A stretch of 64,000 nucleotides of DNA. Source: an uncultured Spirochaetota bacterium. GTDB taxonomy: Bacteria; Spirochaetota; Spirochaetia; SZUA-6; Fen-1364. The stretch is from positions 44,050-108,049 of the forward strand of contig CAWGAC010000022.1 of assembly GCA_963820435.1 (NCBI GenBank), read 5' to 3'. Made by a program: the position numbers and the translations under genes. A model generated the notes under the pieces. That model ran no database searches, was not told the DNA's origin, and was given only the letters and a program-made list of their open reading frames with translations. Positions 18,800 to 28,244 of this stretch are shown piece after piece (positions within the stretch are counted from its first letter, which is position 1; every line of letters starts with the position of its first letter).

Positions 18800-19425
18800 T
18801 TTTCCTCCTCCTGGCTGAAGAACCGGCGGCGCCCTTTCTCGCTCAGGACCCCGACGAAAAGAATGCGGATGAAGGCGTCAAAAAGCTCCGCAGGTGGGAA
18901 CGGAAGCTTGACGAACTGGGCGGGTGTCATGACGGAGCTCACCGCGTTCACGAAGAGCAGGGGCATCAGCCGGCCGTCTATGTCGTTGCGGATAAAACCG
19001 TCCTTCATCCCCGCTTCCAGAAGCTTGGTGACGATGCCGAACACGCGCTCCCTGCGGAACTTGTCGATCAGTTCCCAGAGCTCCGGTTCGTGGTAGTAGA
19101 TGTCCTTCATGAAGCTTTCGCCGACCTCCGCGATCTGCCGCGAGACGATGCCGAAAATCCCCCGCAGCCGCGCCAAAAAGGGGAGCGCAGAGTTGCAGAC
19201 GATTTTCTCGAGGCTCGCCGCTATTTCCTGGATCCTCTCTTCGATTGTTGCCTCGGTCAGCGCAGCCTTATTCGGGAAAAACTTGTACAGCGTCTTCTTG
19301 CTGATGCCCTGCAGGGAGGCAATCTCATCCATGGACAACGCGCTGACTCCCCGTGTCTGGAAGATCGTCCTCGACCGTTCGATGATATGCTTGCGTCTTT
19401 CCGCGTCAGGAATTCTTTGTCGCAT
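18796..19425 (-). CDS. TetR/AcrR-family transcriptional regulator
   Basis: N-terminal HTH ..FQTRGVSALSMDEIASLQGISKKTLYKFFPNKAAL.. It is the first gene of the efflux operon, and its stop overlaps the HlyD ATG. Confidence 0.8.
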   Translation of the reverse strand: MRQRIPDAERRKHIIERSRTIFQTRGVSALSMDEIASLQGISKKTLYKFFPNKAALTEATIEERIQEIAASLEKIVCNSALPFLARLRGIFGIVSRQIAEVGESFMKDIYYHEPELWELIDKFRRERVFGIVTKLLEAGMKDGFIRNDIDGRLMPLLFVNAVSSVMTPAQFVKLPFPPAELFDAFIRILFVGVLSEKGRRRFFSQEEEK

Positions 19426-19437
19426 ATCTCTCCATTA

Positions 19438-19463
19438 GAAACTATTAATGTTTATATAGTTTC
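19438..19463. promoter_or_regulatory. Inverted repeat GAAACTAT-N10-ATAGTTTC (probable TetR operator)
   Basis: 8-bp perfect arms at 19438-19445 and 19456-19463, between the predicted -10 and the tetR ATG (19425), in the only AT-rich patch of this region. Confidence 0.5.
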
Positions 19464-19470
19464 CATAAAG

Positions 19471-19499
19471 AAAATAGCCCTCACCGAGAATCTTGTCAA
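19471..19499 (-). promoter_or_regulatory. sigma70-like promoter TTGACA-17-TATTTT of the tetR-efflux operon
   Basis: Minus strand: TTGACA at 19499-19494, 17-nt spacer, TATTTT at 19476-19471. Confidence 0.45.
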
Positions 19500-19608
19500 C
19501 AACTTTCCAACGTGTGTTCCCAAAAGCAGATCGTGAAACCAGCGGAAACCGAAGAGATGTCCGGTTGCCTGCGTGCGTCCTGATCCATGGGGCCCGGCAG
19601 GGCCGCCC

Positions 19609-20595
19609 TCAGGAAAGCCGCAGCAGGCGCTCCGCGTTGCCGTGCGCAATCCGCTCCTTGTCGGCGGTGCTCACCGGGAGTTGATCCAGGAACGCGCGCG
19701 CCTGCGCCATCGAACCAAAAGGGTGATCTGCCGAAAACATGATGCGGTCGACACCGACCTGAAGAAACAAGTCGAGGAAGGTGGCGGTAAAGTTGAAGCC
19801 GCTGAACGTGTAATGGACGTTCTCGCGCAGGTAGGCGCCGATCGGGCGCTCCAGCTTCGTCACCTGGATGGAAAGAGAGTTCTCGATTCTCGGCAGCATG
19901 AACGGGAGAGCCTCGCCCATGTGGCCGATGATTAATTGCAGGTGCGGATACCGGTCGAATGCTCCGCCGAGGATGAGGCGGAGGACATGGGTGGCGGTCT
20001 CGATGTGCCAGCCCCAGGCCCTGGTCGACAGCACGGACGTCACCTCCGGCGCGAAGTTTCCTGTGTAGGAGGCCGCGATCACCTGCTGCGGCGGCGGGGC
20101 CGGATGAAGGTAGAGCGGGACCTGCAGCGCCTCGGCACGCTGAAGGATCGGCCAGAAGAACTCGTCGTCCAGGTAGCGGCCGCGGCTGTGACCTTTGATC
20201 ATGGCTCCCTTGAAGTCGTAATCCCGAACGGTGCGCTCCAGCTCGTCCGCGGCGGCGTCCGGAGCAGGGGTGGGCAGCGCGGCGAACGCCGCAAAACGGC
20301 TCGGATGGCGCTTCACTGCTTCCGCGAGGTGATCGTTCGCCGCGCGCGCGAGGGCCACTGAGCCGGTTCCGTCGAGCTGCTCCACGCCTGGTGAGGCAAG
20401 CGACAGGACCTGCATGTCGATGCCCGCCGCGTCCATATCGGCGATCCTGCGGTCGCCGATTTCCAGCAACCGCTCTGCGAATTGCGTGGAGGCAAGGTTT
20501 TCGCCGAGACTCTGACCTTGTCGTCCTGGTCCCGATCCCGGACCTTCCATTGATGCCGGGGTTGCGTAGTGCTCTTCCAAGGCGATCGTGCGCAT
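19609..20595 (-). CDS. Amidohydrolase_2 family protein (ACMSD / non-oxidative decarboxylase-like)
   Basis: Intact 328 aa. MRTIALEEHY.. N-terminus, ..FFWPILQRAEALQVPLYLHP.., ..IIGHMGEALPF.., ..IMFSADHPF.. These are metal-ligand motifs typical of this family. Confidence 0.7.
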   Translation of the reverse strand: MRTIALEEHYATPASMEGPGSGPGRQGQSLGENLASTQFAERLLEIGDRRIADMDAAGIDMQVLSLASPGVEQLDGTGSVALARAANDHLAEAVKRHPSRFAAFAALPTPAPDAAADELERTVRDYDFKGAMIKGHSRGRYLDDEFFWPILQRAEALQVPLYLHPAPPPQQVIAASYTGNFAPEVTSVLSTRAWGWHIETATHVLRLILGGAFDRYPHLQLIIGHMGEALPFMLPRIENSLSIQVTKLERPIGAYLRENVHYTFSGFNFTATFLDLFLQVGVDRIMFSADHPFGSMAQARAFLDQLPVSTADKERIAHGNAERLLRLS

Positions 20596-20652
20596 CGTGG
20601 TCCTCCTGACTCATCCAGCAGGTCCCGCGAGCCCTTCTGATACCGGTAATCC

Positions 20653-20952
20653 TCAGTCAGGCTCCTTGAGCGCGGTGGACGCTGCATACAGCGCACCAAC
20701 CCCGCTCAGGTGATAGGCGACCCGCAGGATTTCCGCCATCTCCTGGTTCGTTGCTCCTGCTGCCTTTGCCTGGTTCGCGAGGGCGCGCGCCCCGTTTACC
20801 GCGCCATGAGCCGCATCAAATGCCATGGCGACGAGAAGCTTCAGCTTTCGGGGCAGGGCTCCGTCGGCGTAGACGAACTCATCCTGCTCATGAAGACGCT
20901 TCACCATGGCGGGATCGATTCTGCCAAGCATTTCCAACCAATCGTACGGCAT
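20653..20952 (-). CDS. Carboxymuconolactone decarboxylase (AhpD-like) family protein
   Basis: Intact 99 aa. ..ALPRKLKLLVAMAFDAAHGAVNGARALANQAKAAGATNQEMAEILRV.. matches the CMD fold pattern. Confidence 0.65.
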   Translation of the reverse strand: MPYDWLEMLGRIDPAMVKRLHEQDEFVYADGALPRKLKLLVAMAFDAAHGAVNGARALANQAKAAGATNQEMAEILRVAYHLSGVGALYAASTALKEPD

Positions 20953-21113
20953 GTTCTCCTCCTCTGCGACTCTCTACCTCATTTCAGATGATGCACCAAG
21001 TTTCGCGTCCATTCCATAGATGCGGGATAAAGAGAGAATAAAAATGCGTTAGATTACGGCAGAAGGGCTGTTCCTTCTGGATGAGCTCCGTCGCCGGGGC
21101 CTCTTCCGGGTAT

Positions 21114-21401
21114 TCAGCCTTTCCCCGTCCCTTTGGGGACGTAATCGAAAAAGCGTTCGGTCGTGTTGCCGGTTGTCCACTCCGCTCTCAAGCGCGTCTT
21201 CTTCTCGATCTTTCTCAAGGCTGACAGAAACGCACGGTTCAAATCACGCGCATTCTCGCCCGTCATTTTCGCGGTGACGGCGAAGCCGTCTTCGATGCTC
21301 TCGATCGAGCCATCAGTGATCAAGTGATCGAGAGCTTCCTTGATCTGCGGAGCTCTTTCCGTGCTGATAGTTGCCGCAAGGGTGAACTTTCTCGTCGCCA
21401 T
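21114..21401 (-). CDS. Hypothetical 95-aa protein
   Basis: ATG 21401 preceded by AGGAGGAG. Non-repetitive, balanced composition (..GENARDLNRAFLSALRKIEKKTRLRAEWTTGNTTERFFDYVPK..). I cannot name a family. Confidence 0.5.
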   Translation of the reverse strand: MATRKFTLAATISTERAPQIKEALDHLITDGSIESIEDGFAVTAKMTGENARDLNRAFLSALRKIEKKTRLRAEWTTGNTTERFFDYVPKGTGKG

Positions 21402-21418
21402 ATGTCTCCTCCTGCCGA

Positions 21419-21470
21419 ATCCGCCGGGTACGGCGATGCCTTAAATCCGCCGGGTACGGCGATGCCTTAA
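21419..21470. repeat. Perfect tandem duplication of a 26-bp unit (atccgccgggtacggcgatgccttaa x2)
   Basis: Copies at 21419-21444 and 21445-21470 are identical. Each carries the hairpin CGCCG-ggta-CGGCG. The second copy contains the TAA stop of the MFS gene. Confidence 0.9.
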
Positions 21471-23011
21471 GACGGTTCCCTGCGTTCCCATTTCTCAGCC
21501 TCACCCGGTTCATGCATCGGCTGAACAGCAGCTCCCCGATATTCCCTGCCGCGCACGAGTGAAAATCCCGCCGCAAGCACGCACACCGCGATCGAGACGA
21601 GAAACGCGCTTCGGATGCCAACGATGAACGCCTGCATGCTCTGCGAGCCGAGCGTGATATTGGTGCCCACGAAGAGCTGCATCATTGCATCCCGCGGAAG
21701 GCTGCCGGCGGCAACCGCCAGCGCCAGGGCGAAGCTGGTCACCATGCCCGTCTGCCGCAGCGTGGCAAGGGTTGCGGATGCGATGCCCAGGCGGTGCCTC
21801 GGCGCTCCGTTCATCGCGGCACTCGTGTTGGGGGACCAGAAAAGTCCGCCGCCAAGCCCGACAAGCACCAGGCCGACGGCGATCGAGCCATAAGGGGTGG
21901 TGGGTGACAGCCGCAGCACGAACCACACGAGCCCCGCTGCCTGAAGCAGGAGGCCAACGGTGGCAGGGATTCTCGCGCCGATGCGATCGGCAAGAAGGCC
22001 GCTCAGCGGCCCCGTCACCGCGCTCATGATGGAGAGCGGGATGAGGAAGAGCGCAGCGGTGAGCGGGCTGTAGCCGCGCACCCCCTGAAAGTAGAAGACG
22101 ATGAGGAAGTTGACGGCAAGCATGGCAAGGGACTGCAGCATCGCCGCCACCACGGAAAAGTTGTAGACGCGATTCTTGAAAAGCGAGAGATCGAGCACAG
22201 GGCTCGCCACGCGTCGTTCCCGTATGAGAAAGACGGCCACCATCACGACGAACAGGACGAACAACGACAGGATAGGGAGCGAGATCCAGCTCAACTGGAT
22301 GCCAAGGGTCAGGGCGAAGAGAAGAGCCACCAGTCCAACGCTGAACATGGCTGCCCCACCGAAGTCGAACCTCTCGGTCCTGTTCCGCGTGGACATCTCC
22401 TTCAGCGCAAGGTAGCCCCACACGGTGCCCAGTATCCCGATGGGCACGTTGATGTAGAAGATCCATCGCCAGTTCGCGGCCGCGAGGATCAGCCCGCCCA
22501 GGAGAGGACCCGCGATGCCTCCCACCGCCCAGGTCACGCCGTTGATTCCCAGCGCGCGCCCCCGCTGGTGGGGAGGGAAGACCTCCGTGATGATCGCTGT
22601 GCTGTTCACCATCATGAGGGCAGCCCCGGCGCCCTGCACGAGTCGGAAAATGATGAGCTGCGTCGCGCTCTGCGACAGGCCGCAGAGCGCCGAGCCGACG
22701 GTGAAGATGACGAAGCCGAGGTTGTACATCCGCACGCGTCCGAACATGTCCGCGATGCGTCCGAACGTCAGCAGGCAGACGGTGCTCATGAGGATATAGG
22801 CCATGATGACCCACACCATCTGGACCAGGCCTGCGTGCAGTTTCACCATCATGTCCGGCAGAGCCAGGATCACGATGGTGCTGTCGATCGCCGCCATCAG
22901 GGCACCGATTGTCGTCACGCTGAGCGCGATCCACTTGTAGTCTATTCTCCGACGCGCGGGAGGATCCTCAGCGGCGTCCAGAGGTGCAGCACTCTCTCCG
23001 CGTTCTTTCAT
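21467..23011 (-). CDS. MFS transporter, DHA2 (EmrB/QacA, 14-TMS) type
   Basis: Intact 514 aa with about 14 hydrophobic segments and a motif-A-like [13 protein letters not shown]. The ATG overlaps the aconitase stop (ATGA at 23008-23011). Confidence 0.8.
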   Translation of the reverse strand: MKERGESAAPLDAAEDPPARRRIDYKWIALSVTTIGALMAAIDSTIVILALPDMMVKLHAGLVQMVWVIMAYILMSTVCLLTFGRIADMFGRVRMYNLGFVIFTVGSALCGLSQSATQLIIFRLVQGAGAALMMVNSTAIITEVFPPHQRGRALGINGVTWAVGGIAGPLLGGLILAAANWRWIFYINVPIGILGTVWGYLALKEMSTRNRTERFDFGGAAMFSVGLVALLFALTLGIQLSWISLPILSLFVLFVVMVAVFLIRERRVASPVLDLSLFKNRVYNFSVVAAMLQSLAMLAVNFLIVFYFQGVRGYSPLTAALFLIPLSIMSAVTGPLSGLLADRIGARIPATVGLLLQAAGLVWFVLRLSPTTPYGSIAVGLVLVGLGGGLFWSPNTSAAMNGAPRHRLGIASATLATLRQTGMVTSFALALAVAAGSLPRDAMMQLFVGTNITLGSQSMQAFIVGIRSAFLVSIAVCVLAAGFSLVRGREYRGAAVQPMHEPGEAEKWERREPS

Positions 23012-25686
23012 TCTCTCCCCTTCGCGAACCCGCGCAGCACAGTGGGCAGAATCCCTCCATTAAGGTAATACGCAAGCTCGATCGGCGTGTCGATGCGCGC
23101 GCGCACGCTGAATCTCTTTTCAGTCCCCGAGGCGTCGCGGGCAATCACGGCAAGGGCCTGTCCCGGCGTGTCGGCCGTCTCGATTTCAAAGATCTCTTCC
23201 CCGGAAAGTCCGAGGCTGGCGGCGTTTTCTCCCTTCTGGAACTGCAAGGGGAGCACGCCCATGCCGACGAGGTTCGACCTGTGGATGCGCTCGTAGCTCT
23301 CCGCGATCACGGCGCGCACGCCAAGAAGAACGGCACCTTTGGCCGCCCAGTCCCGGGAGCTTCCCGAGCCGTATTCCTTGCCCGCGATCACCAGGAGGGG
23401 AACCCCTTCCGCTCTGTATTTTTCAGCCGCGTCGTAGATCGAGAGCGTCTCGGCCGAAGGGAGGTGCCGGGTAAAGCCGCCCTCGACGCCCGGCACGAGC
23501 TTGTTGCGGATGCGGATGTTGGCAAAGGTGCCGCGAAGCATCACCTCGTGGTTTCCCCGACGCGAGCCGTACGTATTGAAGTCCGGGACTTTCACGCCGT
23601 GCTCCATGAGCCATTTCCCGGCCGGGCTCTTCTCCGGGATGTTCCCCGCGGGAGAGATGTGATCCGTTGTCACTGAATCTCCGAGAACGGCCAGGACCCG
23701 CGCATTGCGTATTCGCGGGATCTCCGGCGGACGGTTCGTAAGGCCCTCGAAGAACGTGGGCTTGCGGATATAGGTCGAATCCGGTTCCCAGTGATAGACC
23801 TTTTCATCCGGGGTCTTCACCTTGTTCCACGTCTCGTCGCCGCTGAAGACGCTCGCATAGACGGAACGGAACATCTCCGGCGTGAGGCTTTCCCTGACCG
23901 ATGCATCGATCTCGGCAAGGGTCGGCCAGATGTCGCGCAGGAACACGGGGCTCCCGTTGTGGTCCCTGCCGAGGGGCTCGGTGGCGAGGTCGATTTCCAT
24001 GGTGCCGGCAAGGGCGTACGCCACGACAAGGGGCGGAGACGCAAGATAATTGGCCTTCACTTCGGGATGGATCCTGCCCTCGAAATTGCGATTTCCCGAA
24101 AGCACGGAGACCACCGTGAGGTTGTTCTCCCGCACCGCCTTGCTGATGATCGGATTCAGGGGTCCGGAGTTTCCTATGCATGTCGTGCACCCGTAGCCCA
24201 CGAGGTGGAACCCGAGAGCTTCAAGGTAGGGGCTGAGCCCGGCCCGGTCGAGGTACTGCGTGACCACCTTGGAGCCGGGGGCGAAGCTCGTCTTGACGTA
24301 GGCCGGGACACGCAGCCCGAGCTGCACCGCCTTGCGCGCCAGGAGGCCGGCCCCGATCATCACCGACGGATTGGAGGTGTTCGTGCAGCTCGTGATGGCC
24401 GCGATCACCACCGCGCCCTGCGCGAGGGTTTCCCGGTCTCCTCCCACTTGCACTTCAACGCTTTTCCCTTCCGTCCCGGCCGCCACGGCCGGGTCCCGCC
24501 ACGAGCCCTTGGCCCGGGACAGGGCAATCCTGTCCTGCGGGCGCTTGGGCCCGGCCATGGATGTTTCCACGCTGGAAAGGTCCAGCTCGAGAAGCGCGGA
24601 GTATTCCGGCTGCTCCGCGCCCGAACCCCGAAAGAGTCCCTGCTCCTTGCAGTAGCGCTCCACCAGGTCCACGAGCTCGGGGCTCCGCCCGGTGAATTGC
24701 AGGTACTCGATGGTCTTTTCGTCCACGGGGAAGAAGCCGGCCGTGGCGCCGTACTCGGGCGACATGTTGCCGATGGTTGCCCTGTCCGCCACGCTCAGGG
24801 AGTCGAGCCCCGGCCCGAAAAACTCCACGATCTTGTCCACCACTCCGAACTTCCGCAGCGCCTGCGTGACGGTGAGCACGAGGTCGGTGGCGGTCATTCC
24901 TTCCCTCAGTGAGCCGGTCAGGCGCATCCCGACCACCTCCGGGATCAGCATGTAAAGGGGCTGCCCCAGAAGCGCGGCCTCGGCCTCGATTCCTCCGACG
25001 CCCCATCCCAGCACGCCGATGCCATTGATCATGGGCGTGTGGGAGTCCGTGCCCACGAGCGTGTCGGGAAAGGCAGTCACGCCCTTGCCGTCGCTTCCCG
25101 CGCGCGTCTGCACGACCTTTGCCAGGTACTCGAGATTCACCTGGTGCACGATGCCCGTGGCGGGAGGAACGACGCGGAAGTCCGCGAACGCCTTTGCGCC
25201 CCAGCGGAGGAACTCGTAGCGCTCGCGATTGCGCTGGAACTCGAGGGCCGCGTTGCCGGCAAGGGCGCGTGAGGAGGCGAAGAGGTCCACCTGGACCGAA
25301 TGGTCGATGACGAGGTCCACGGGGATCACGGGGTTGATGCGCCGCGGGTCTCCGCCCAGGTCTCCCATTGCGTCACGCATGGCGGCAAGATCCACGATGG
25401 CGGGCACGCCGGTGAAATCCTGCATGATCACCCGGGCCGGCTTGAAGGGGAAATCGCGGCTTTTCGCCTGCGCGCTGTTCCACGCGCAGAGGGCCTGCAC
25501 GTCCTCCTCCCGCACGTCGAAACCGTTCACCTGGCGCAGGACCGACTCCAGGAGGATCTTTATGGAGAAGGGCATGCGCGAAACTTTCCCGATCCCCTGC
25601 GACTCCAGCCGCGCGAGGCTGAAGAAATCAAACCGACCTTTCGCCGTCTTCAACGTGCTTCGTGCTCCAAAGGGGTTGGCTTTCAT
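23008..25686 (-). CDS. acnA: Aconitate hydratase A
   Basis: Intact 892 aa with hallmark motifs ..[27 protein letters not shown].., ..[10 protein letters not shown].., ..[14 protein letters not shown].., ..[16 protein letters not shown].. Confidence 0.9.
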   Translation of the reverse strand: MKANPFGARSTLKTAKGRFDFFSLARLESQGIGKVSRMPFSIKILLESVLRQVNGFDVREEDVQALCAWNSAQAKSRDFPFKPARVIMQDFTGVPAIVDLAAMRDAMGDLGGDPRRINPVIPVDLVIDHSVQVDLFASSRALAGNAALEFQRNRERYEFLRWGAKAFADFRVVPPATGIVHQVNLEYLAKVVQTRAGSDGKGVTAFPDTLVGTDSHTPMINGIGVLGWGVGGIEAEAALLGQPLYMLIPEVVGMRLTGSLREGMTATDLVLTVTQALRKFGVVDKIVEFFGPGLDSLSVADRATIGNMSPEYGATAGFFPVDEKTIEYLQFTGRSPELVDLVERYCKEQGLFRGSGAEQPEYSALLELDLSSVETSMAGPKRPQDRIALSRAKGSWRDPAVAAGTEGKSVEVQVGGDRETLAQGAVVIAAITSCTNTSNPSVMIGAGLLARKAVQLGLRVPAYVKTSFAPGSKVVTQYLDRAGLSPYLEALGFHLVGYGCTTCIGNSGPLNPIISKAVRENNLTVVSVLSGNRNFEGRIHPEVKANYLASPPLVVAYALAGTMEIDLATEPLGRDHNGSPVFLRDIWPTLAEIDASVRESLTPEMFRSVYASVFSGDETWNKVKTPDEKVYHWEPDSTYIRKPTFFEGLTNRPPEIPRIRNARVLAVLGDSVTTDHISPAGNIPEKSPAGKWLMEHGVKVPDFNTYGSRRGNHEVMLRGTFANIRIRNKLVPGVEGGFTRHLPSAETLSIYDAAEKYRAEGVPLLVIAGKEYGSGSSRDWAAKGAVLLGVRAVIAESYERIHRSNLVGMGVLPLQFQKGENAASLGLSGEEIFEIETADTPGQALAVIARDASGTEKRFSVRARIDTPIELAYYLNGGILPTVLRGFAKGRE

Positions 25687-25726
25687 CGTGATCTCCTGCG
25701 CCTAATATACAGAGCGGGGGCTCACC

Positions 25727-25755
25727 TTGCCATCCGGGTACAATTGCTCTATCAT
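25727..25755 (+). promoter_or_regulatory. sigma70-like promoter TTGCCA-17-TATCAT
   Basis: TTGCCA at 25727-25732 and TATCAT at 25750-25755, 22 nt upstream of ATG 25778, in the divergent region with acnA. Confidence 0.4.
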
Positions 25756-25777
25756 TGAGGCCAGAGAGAACCGAAAG

Positions 25778-26509
25778 ATGCTAGTTCCCGCCGAGGTCTG
25801 GACAGTGGCAAAAGCGGAGCAGGGCAATGCGGTCCTTGTCCGGCCACTGGGCCTGGATGTGGCCGTCCCGATATTCATTGCGCCGCTGGAAGCGCAGTCC
25901 ATTCTCATCGGGCTCGGCAGCGTCAAGATGCCGCGCCCTCTCACGCATGACCTCTTCATCACCGTCCTGGAGAGCCTCGAATCATCGGTGAACCGGGTCG
26001 AGATCACTTCCCTGCGGGAAGGCACCTACTACGCGAAGCTCATCCTCGAGTCATCCGGCTCGGAGATAGCCGTTGATGCCCGTCCCTCGGATTGTCTGGC
26101 TCTTGCCGTGCGGGTGAAGTGCCCCATCTATATCGATGAAGCGGTGGTGGATGAAGCCGGAATATCGGTAAAAATGGTTGAGGAGAAGAACAAGGAGCTC
26201 AAGCCCGAGGACGCTCCGCAGCTCTCTGAAGAGGCTGATTCTCCCCAGGTGCCGGAAGCCTCTCCGATGCCGCCGGAGTCGGAGATGGCAAGCCTCCGCA
26301 AGCTGCTCGATGCCGCCATCGAAGAAGAGAACTACGAGGAAGCCGCTCGGATACGTGACAAGATTCGGGAGCTCGAGCCTGAGCGTCCCATAGGAAACCG
26401 TGGCGCTTCAGTCGGGCCCGATGGTCGTGCCCACGAACTCCCCCCCCTCGAGAATGCGCGAAAGGTTTGCAAGATCGCGTCCTTCGGCGAACACGACCTT
26501 GAGGCGTGA
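25778..26509 (+). CDS. Bifunctional nuclease (DUF151/BFN) domain protein with C-terminal UVR motif
   Basis: Start at ATG 25778 (MLVPAEVWTVAKAEQGNAVLV..RPLTHDL..ARPSDCLALAVR). UVR-like ..LDAAIEEENYEEAARIRDKIRELE. The last ~35 aa overlap the convergent gene and may not be genuine. Confidence 0.65.
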   Translation: MLVPAEVWTVAKAEQGNAVLVRPLGLDVAVPIFIAPLEAQSILIGLGSVKMPRPLTHDLFITVLESLESSVNRVEITSLREGTYYAKLILESSGSEIAVDARPSDCLALAVRVKCPIYIDEAVVDEAGISVKMVEEKNKELKPEDAPQLSEEADSPQVPEASPMPPESEMASLRKLLDAAIEEENYEEAARIRDKIRELEPERPIGNRGASVGPDGRAHELPPLENARKVCKIASFGEHDLEA

Positions 26510-27124
26510 TTGCGCGGCCGCGCGCGCCGCGGTGGGATCAAAGGGCGTATTCTTGCCCGGTGTCCACTCGCCCCCGACTATGGCGAGCATCTCCTTCCAG
26601 GAGAGCCTGTCCATCGGCCGCGCCGCGGGGTTCTTCTTCGGGTCATCCGAGTAGACTTTCGCCACGTTGGAGAGATTGATAAGAGTGTCCGCGGAAAACC
26701 GCTGGGCAAGGACGACCGCGTCATTGTCGGTGGAGAAGCCGGGCTTCCATCCCGCGGCCATCATGACCCTGCCCGCGAACACGGAGACAGCGGTGGGGTC
26801 GGTCACGAGGTCTTCCACGCACCAGCGGTGAAACACCCTGCGCAGCAGCTCCCCGTTCACCCGGGTGGCCGCGACTCCCACCCAGTCAAGGTCGTCGCTG
26901 CGGGGCTCCGCAACCACCTCCCTCAATGCCGCCTGGTAGTCCCGGGCGAGTCCTCCGCCGCCGCAGACGATGATGAGCTTGCGTTCTTCATCCGCCTCGA
27001 GGTAGCGCTCCACCAGCAGCGCGAACCCTTTCAGGAAGCCGGTATCCACGCCTCGGGGCGCGATGATTGATCCTCCGAGGGAGATGACGGTCACGTGCGG
27101 CGTCATGCGCTTACTATAGATCAT
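26408..27124 (-). CDS. Amino-acid-kinase family protein resembling archaeal-type uridylate kinase
   Basis: ..VISLGGSIIAP.., ..LIIVCGGGGLARDY.., ..WVGVAATRVNGELL.., ..GWKPGFSTDNDAVVLA.. The start is uncertain (ATG 27124 or 27106). Confidence 0.55.
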   Translation of the reverse strand: MIYSKRMTPHVTVISLGGSIIAPRGVDTGFLKGFALLVERYLEADEERKLIIVCGGGGLARDYQAALREVVAEPRSDDLDWVGVAATRVNGELLRRVFHRWCVEDLVTDPTAVSVFAGRVMMAAGWKPGFSTDNDAVVLAQRFSADTLINLSNVAKVYSDDPKKNPAARPMDRLSWKEMLAIVGGEWTPGKNTPFDPTAARAAAQSRLKVVFAEGRDLANLSRILEGGEFVGTTIGPD

Positions 27125-27219
27125 TTCCGGACCGCCTGCCAGAACCGCACGCAGGGATCCCCCATGGGGCCTTTTATTCATGGCTTGCATAAAAACCCGC
27201 GTTTGTTTATACGTGTCTC

Positions 27220-28185
27220 ATGGAAAAGATGAAGATCTTCGTCGCTGACAGCATTGCCAGGGAAGGGTTGGAGGAGTTCGCCCGGTTCTCCGGGCTGGAG
27301 CTCGTGGTCAAGACGGGGCTCGCTCCGGAGATGCTCAAGTCGGAGCTCGGCGATTCGCAGGGTCTCGTCGTGCGCTCCGCCACCCAGGCCACCCGTGAGA
27401 TAATCGGGGCGGGCAAGTCCCTGAAGGTGATCGGCCGGGCCGGCGCGGGAGTGGATAACATAGATGTGAAGGCCGCCACGGAGCGCGGCATCATCGTGCT
27501 GAACACCCCCGGGGGCAATGCCGAGGCCGCGGGCGAGCTCGCGGTGGCAATGATGTTTGCGCTCTCCCGCGATCTGGCGCGCGCCGACGCCTCCATGAAA
27601 GCGGGCAAATGGGACAAAAAGAGCTTCAACGGCGTCGAGCTCTTCGGCAAGACCCTGGGGCTCATCGGGTGCGGACACGTGGGCAGCGTCGTGGCCAAGC
27701 GCGCCCTTGCGCTGGGCATGAAGGTTCTCGTCACTGATCCCTGCGTGGACGAAAACAAAGCGGGAGACCTGGGAGTGCGCCTTGCCGGGCTGGACGATGT
27801 GCTCAAGTCCTCGGACTTCATCTCTCTTCATTCCCCTCGGACGGAGGAGACGAAGGGTCTTTTCAATGCGAAGACATTCGCGAAGATGAAGAAGGGTGTC
27901 TTCCTGGTGAACTGCGCGCGGGGCGGCATCGTGGTTGAGAAGGACCTCATCGCGGCGCTGGATGAAGGCATCGTCAGGGGCGCGGCGGTGGACGTATTCG
28001 ACAAGGAGCCGCCGGATGACTGGAGCCTGGCAAAGCACCCGAAGGTGATTGCCACGCCGCACATCGGGGCATCCACCGGAGAAGCCCAGGTCAATGTCTC
28101 GATCATGATCGCGCGGCAGATGGGCGCGTACCTCACGAGAGGTGAAATCGTCAACGCGGTGAACACGACTGCCGGCGTGAAATAG
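27220..28185 (+). CDS. D-3-phosphoglycerate dehydrogenase-like 2-hydroxyacid dehydrogenase (no ACT domain)
   Basis: Intact 321 aa. NAD motif GLIGCGHVGSVVA, ..LVNCARGGIV.., ..ATPHIGAST.. Confidence 0.75.
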   Translation: MEKMKIFVADSIAREGLEEFARFSGLELVVKTGLAPEMLKSELGDSQGLVVRSATQATREIIGAGKSLKVIGRAGAGVDNIDVKAATERGIIVLNTPGGNAEAAGELAVAMMFALSRDLARADASMKAGKWDKKSFNGVELFGKTLGLIGCGHVGSVVAKRALALGMKVLVTDPCVDENKAGDLGVRLAGLDDVLKSSDFISLHSPRTEETKGLFNAKTFAKMKKGVFLVNCARGGIVVEKDLIAALDEGIVRGAAVDVFDKEPPDDWSLAKHPKVIATPHIGASTGEAQVNVSIMIARQMGAYLTRGEIVNAVNTTAGVK

Positions 28186-28244
28186 ACAGCGCGCGTTATT
28201 GCCGAACTCTCCTTCCGGGGGTACATTGACGGGGGAGTGGGAGT

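Noticed and set aside
19496-20614. 372-aa minus-strand ORF overlapping the amidohydrolase gene in another frame
   Set aside because: The alternative frame (19609..20595) gives a clean amidohydrolase_2 protein. This frame gives R/P/G-rich nonsense.
21419-21470. Possible CRISPR array
   Set aside because: There are only two directly abutting 26-bp copies with no spacer, and no cas genes are in the window. It is a tandem duplication, not a CRISPR array.
21510-22934. 474-aa minus-strand ORF overlapping the MFS gene in another frame
   Set aside because: The 21467..23011 frame encodes 14 clear TM helices. This frame is R/G/P/H-rich and has no hydrophobic segments.
27178-28062. 294-aa minus-strand ORF
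   Set aside because: It is antisense to the well-supported SerA-like dehydrogenase, and no motifs are present.
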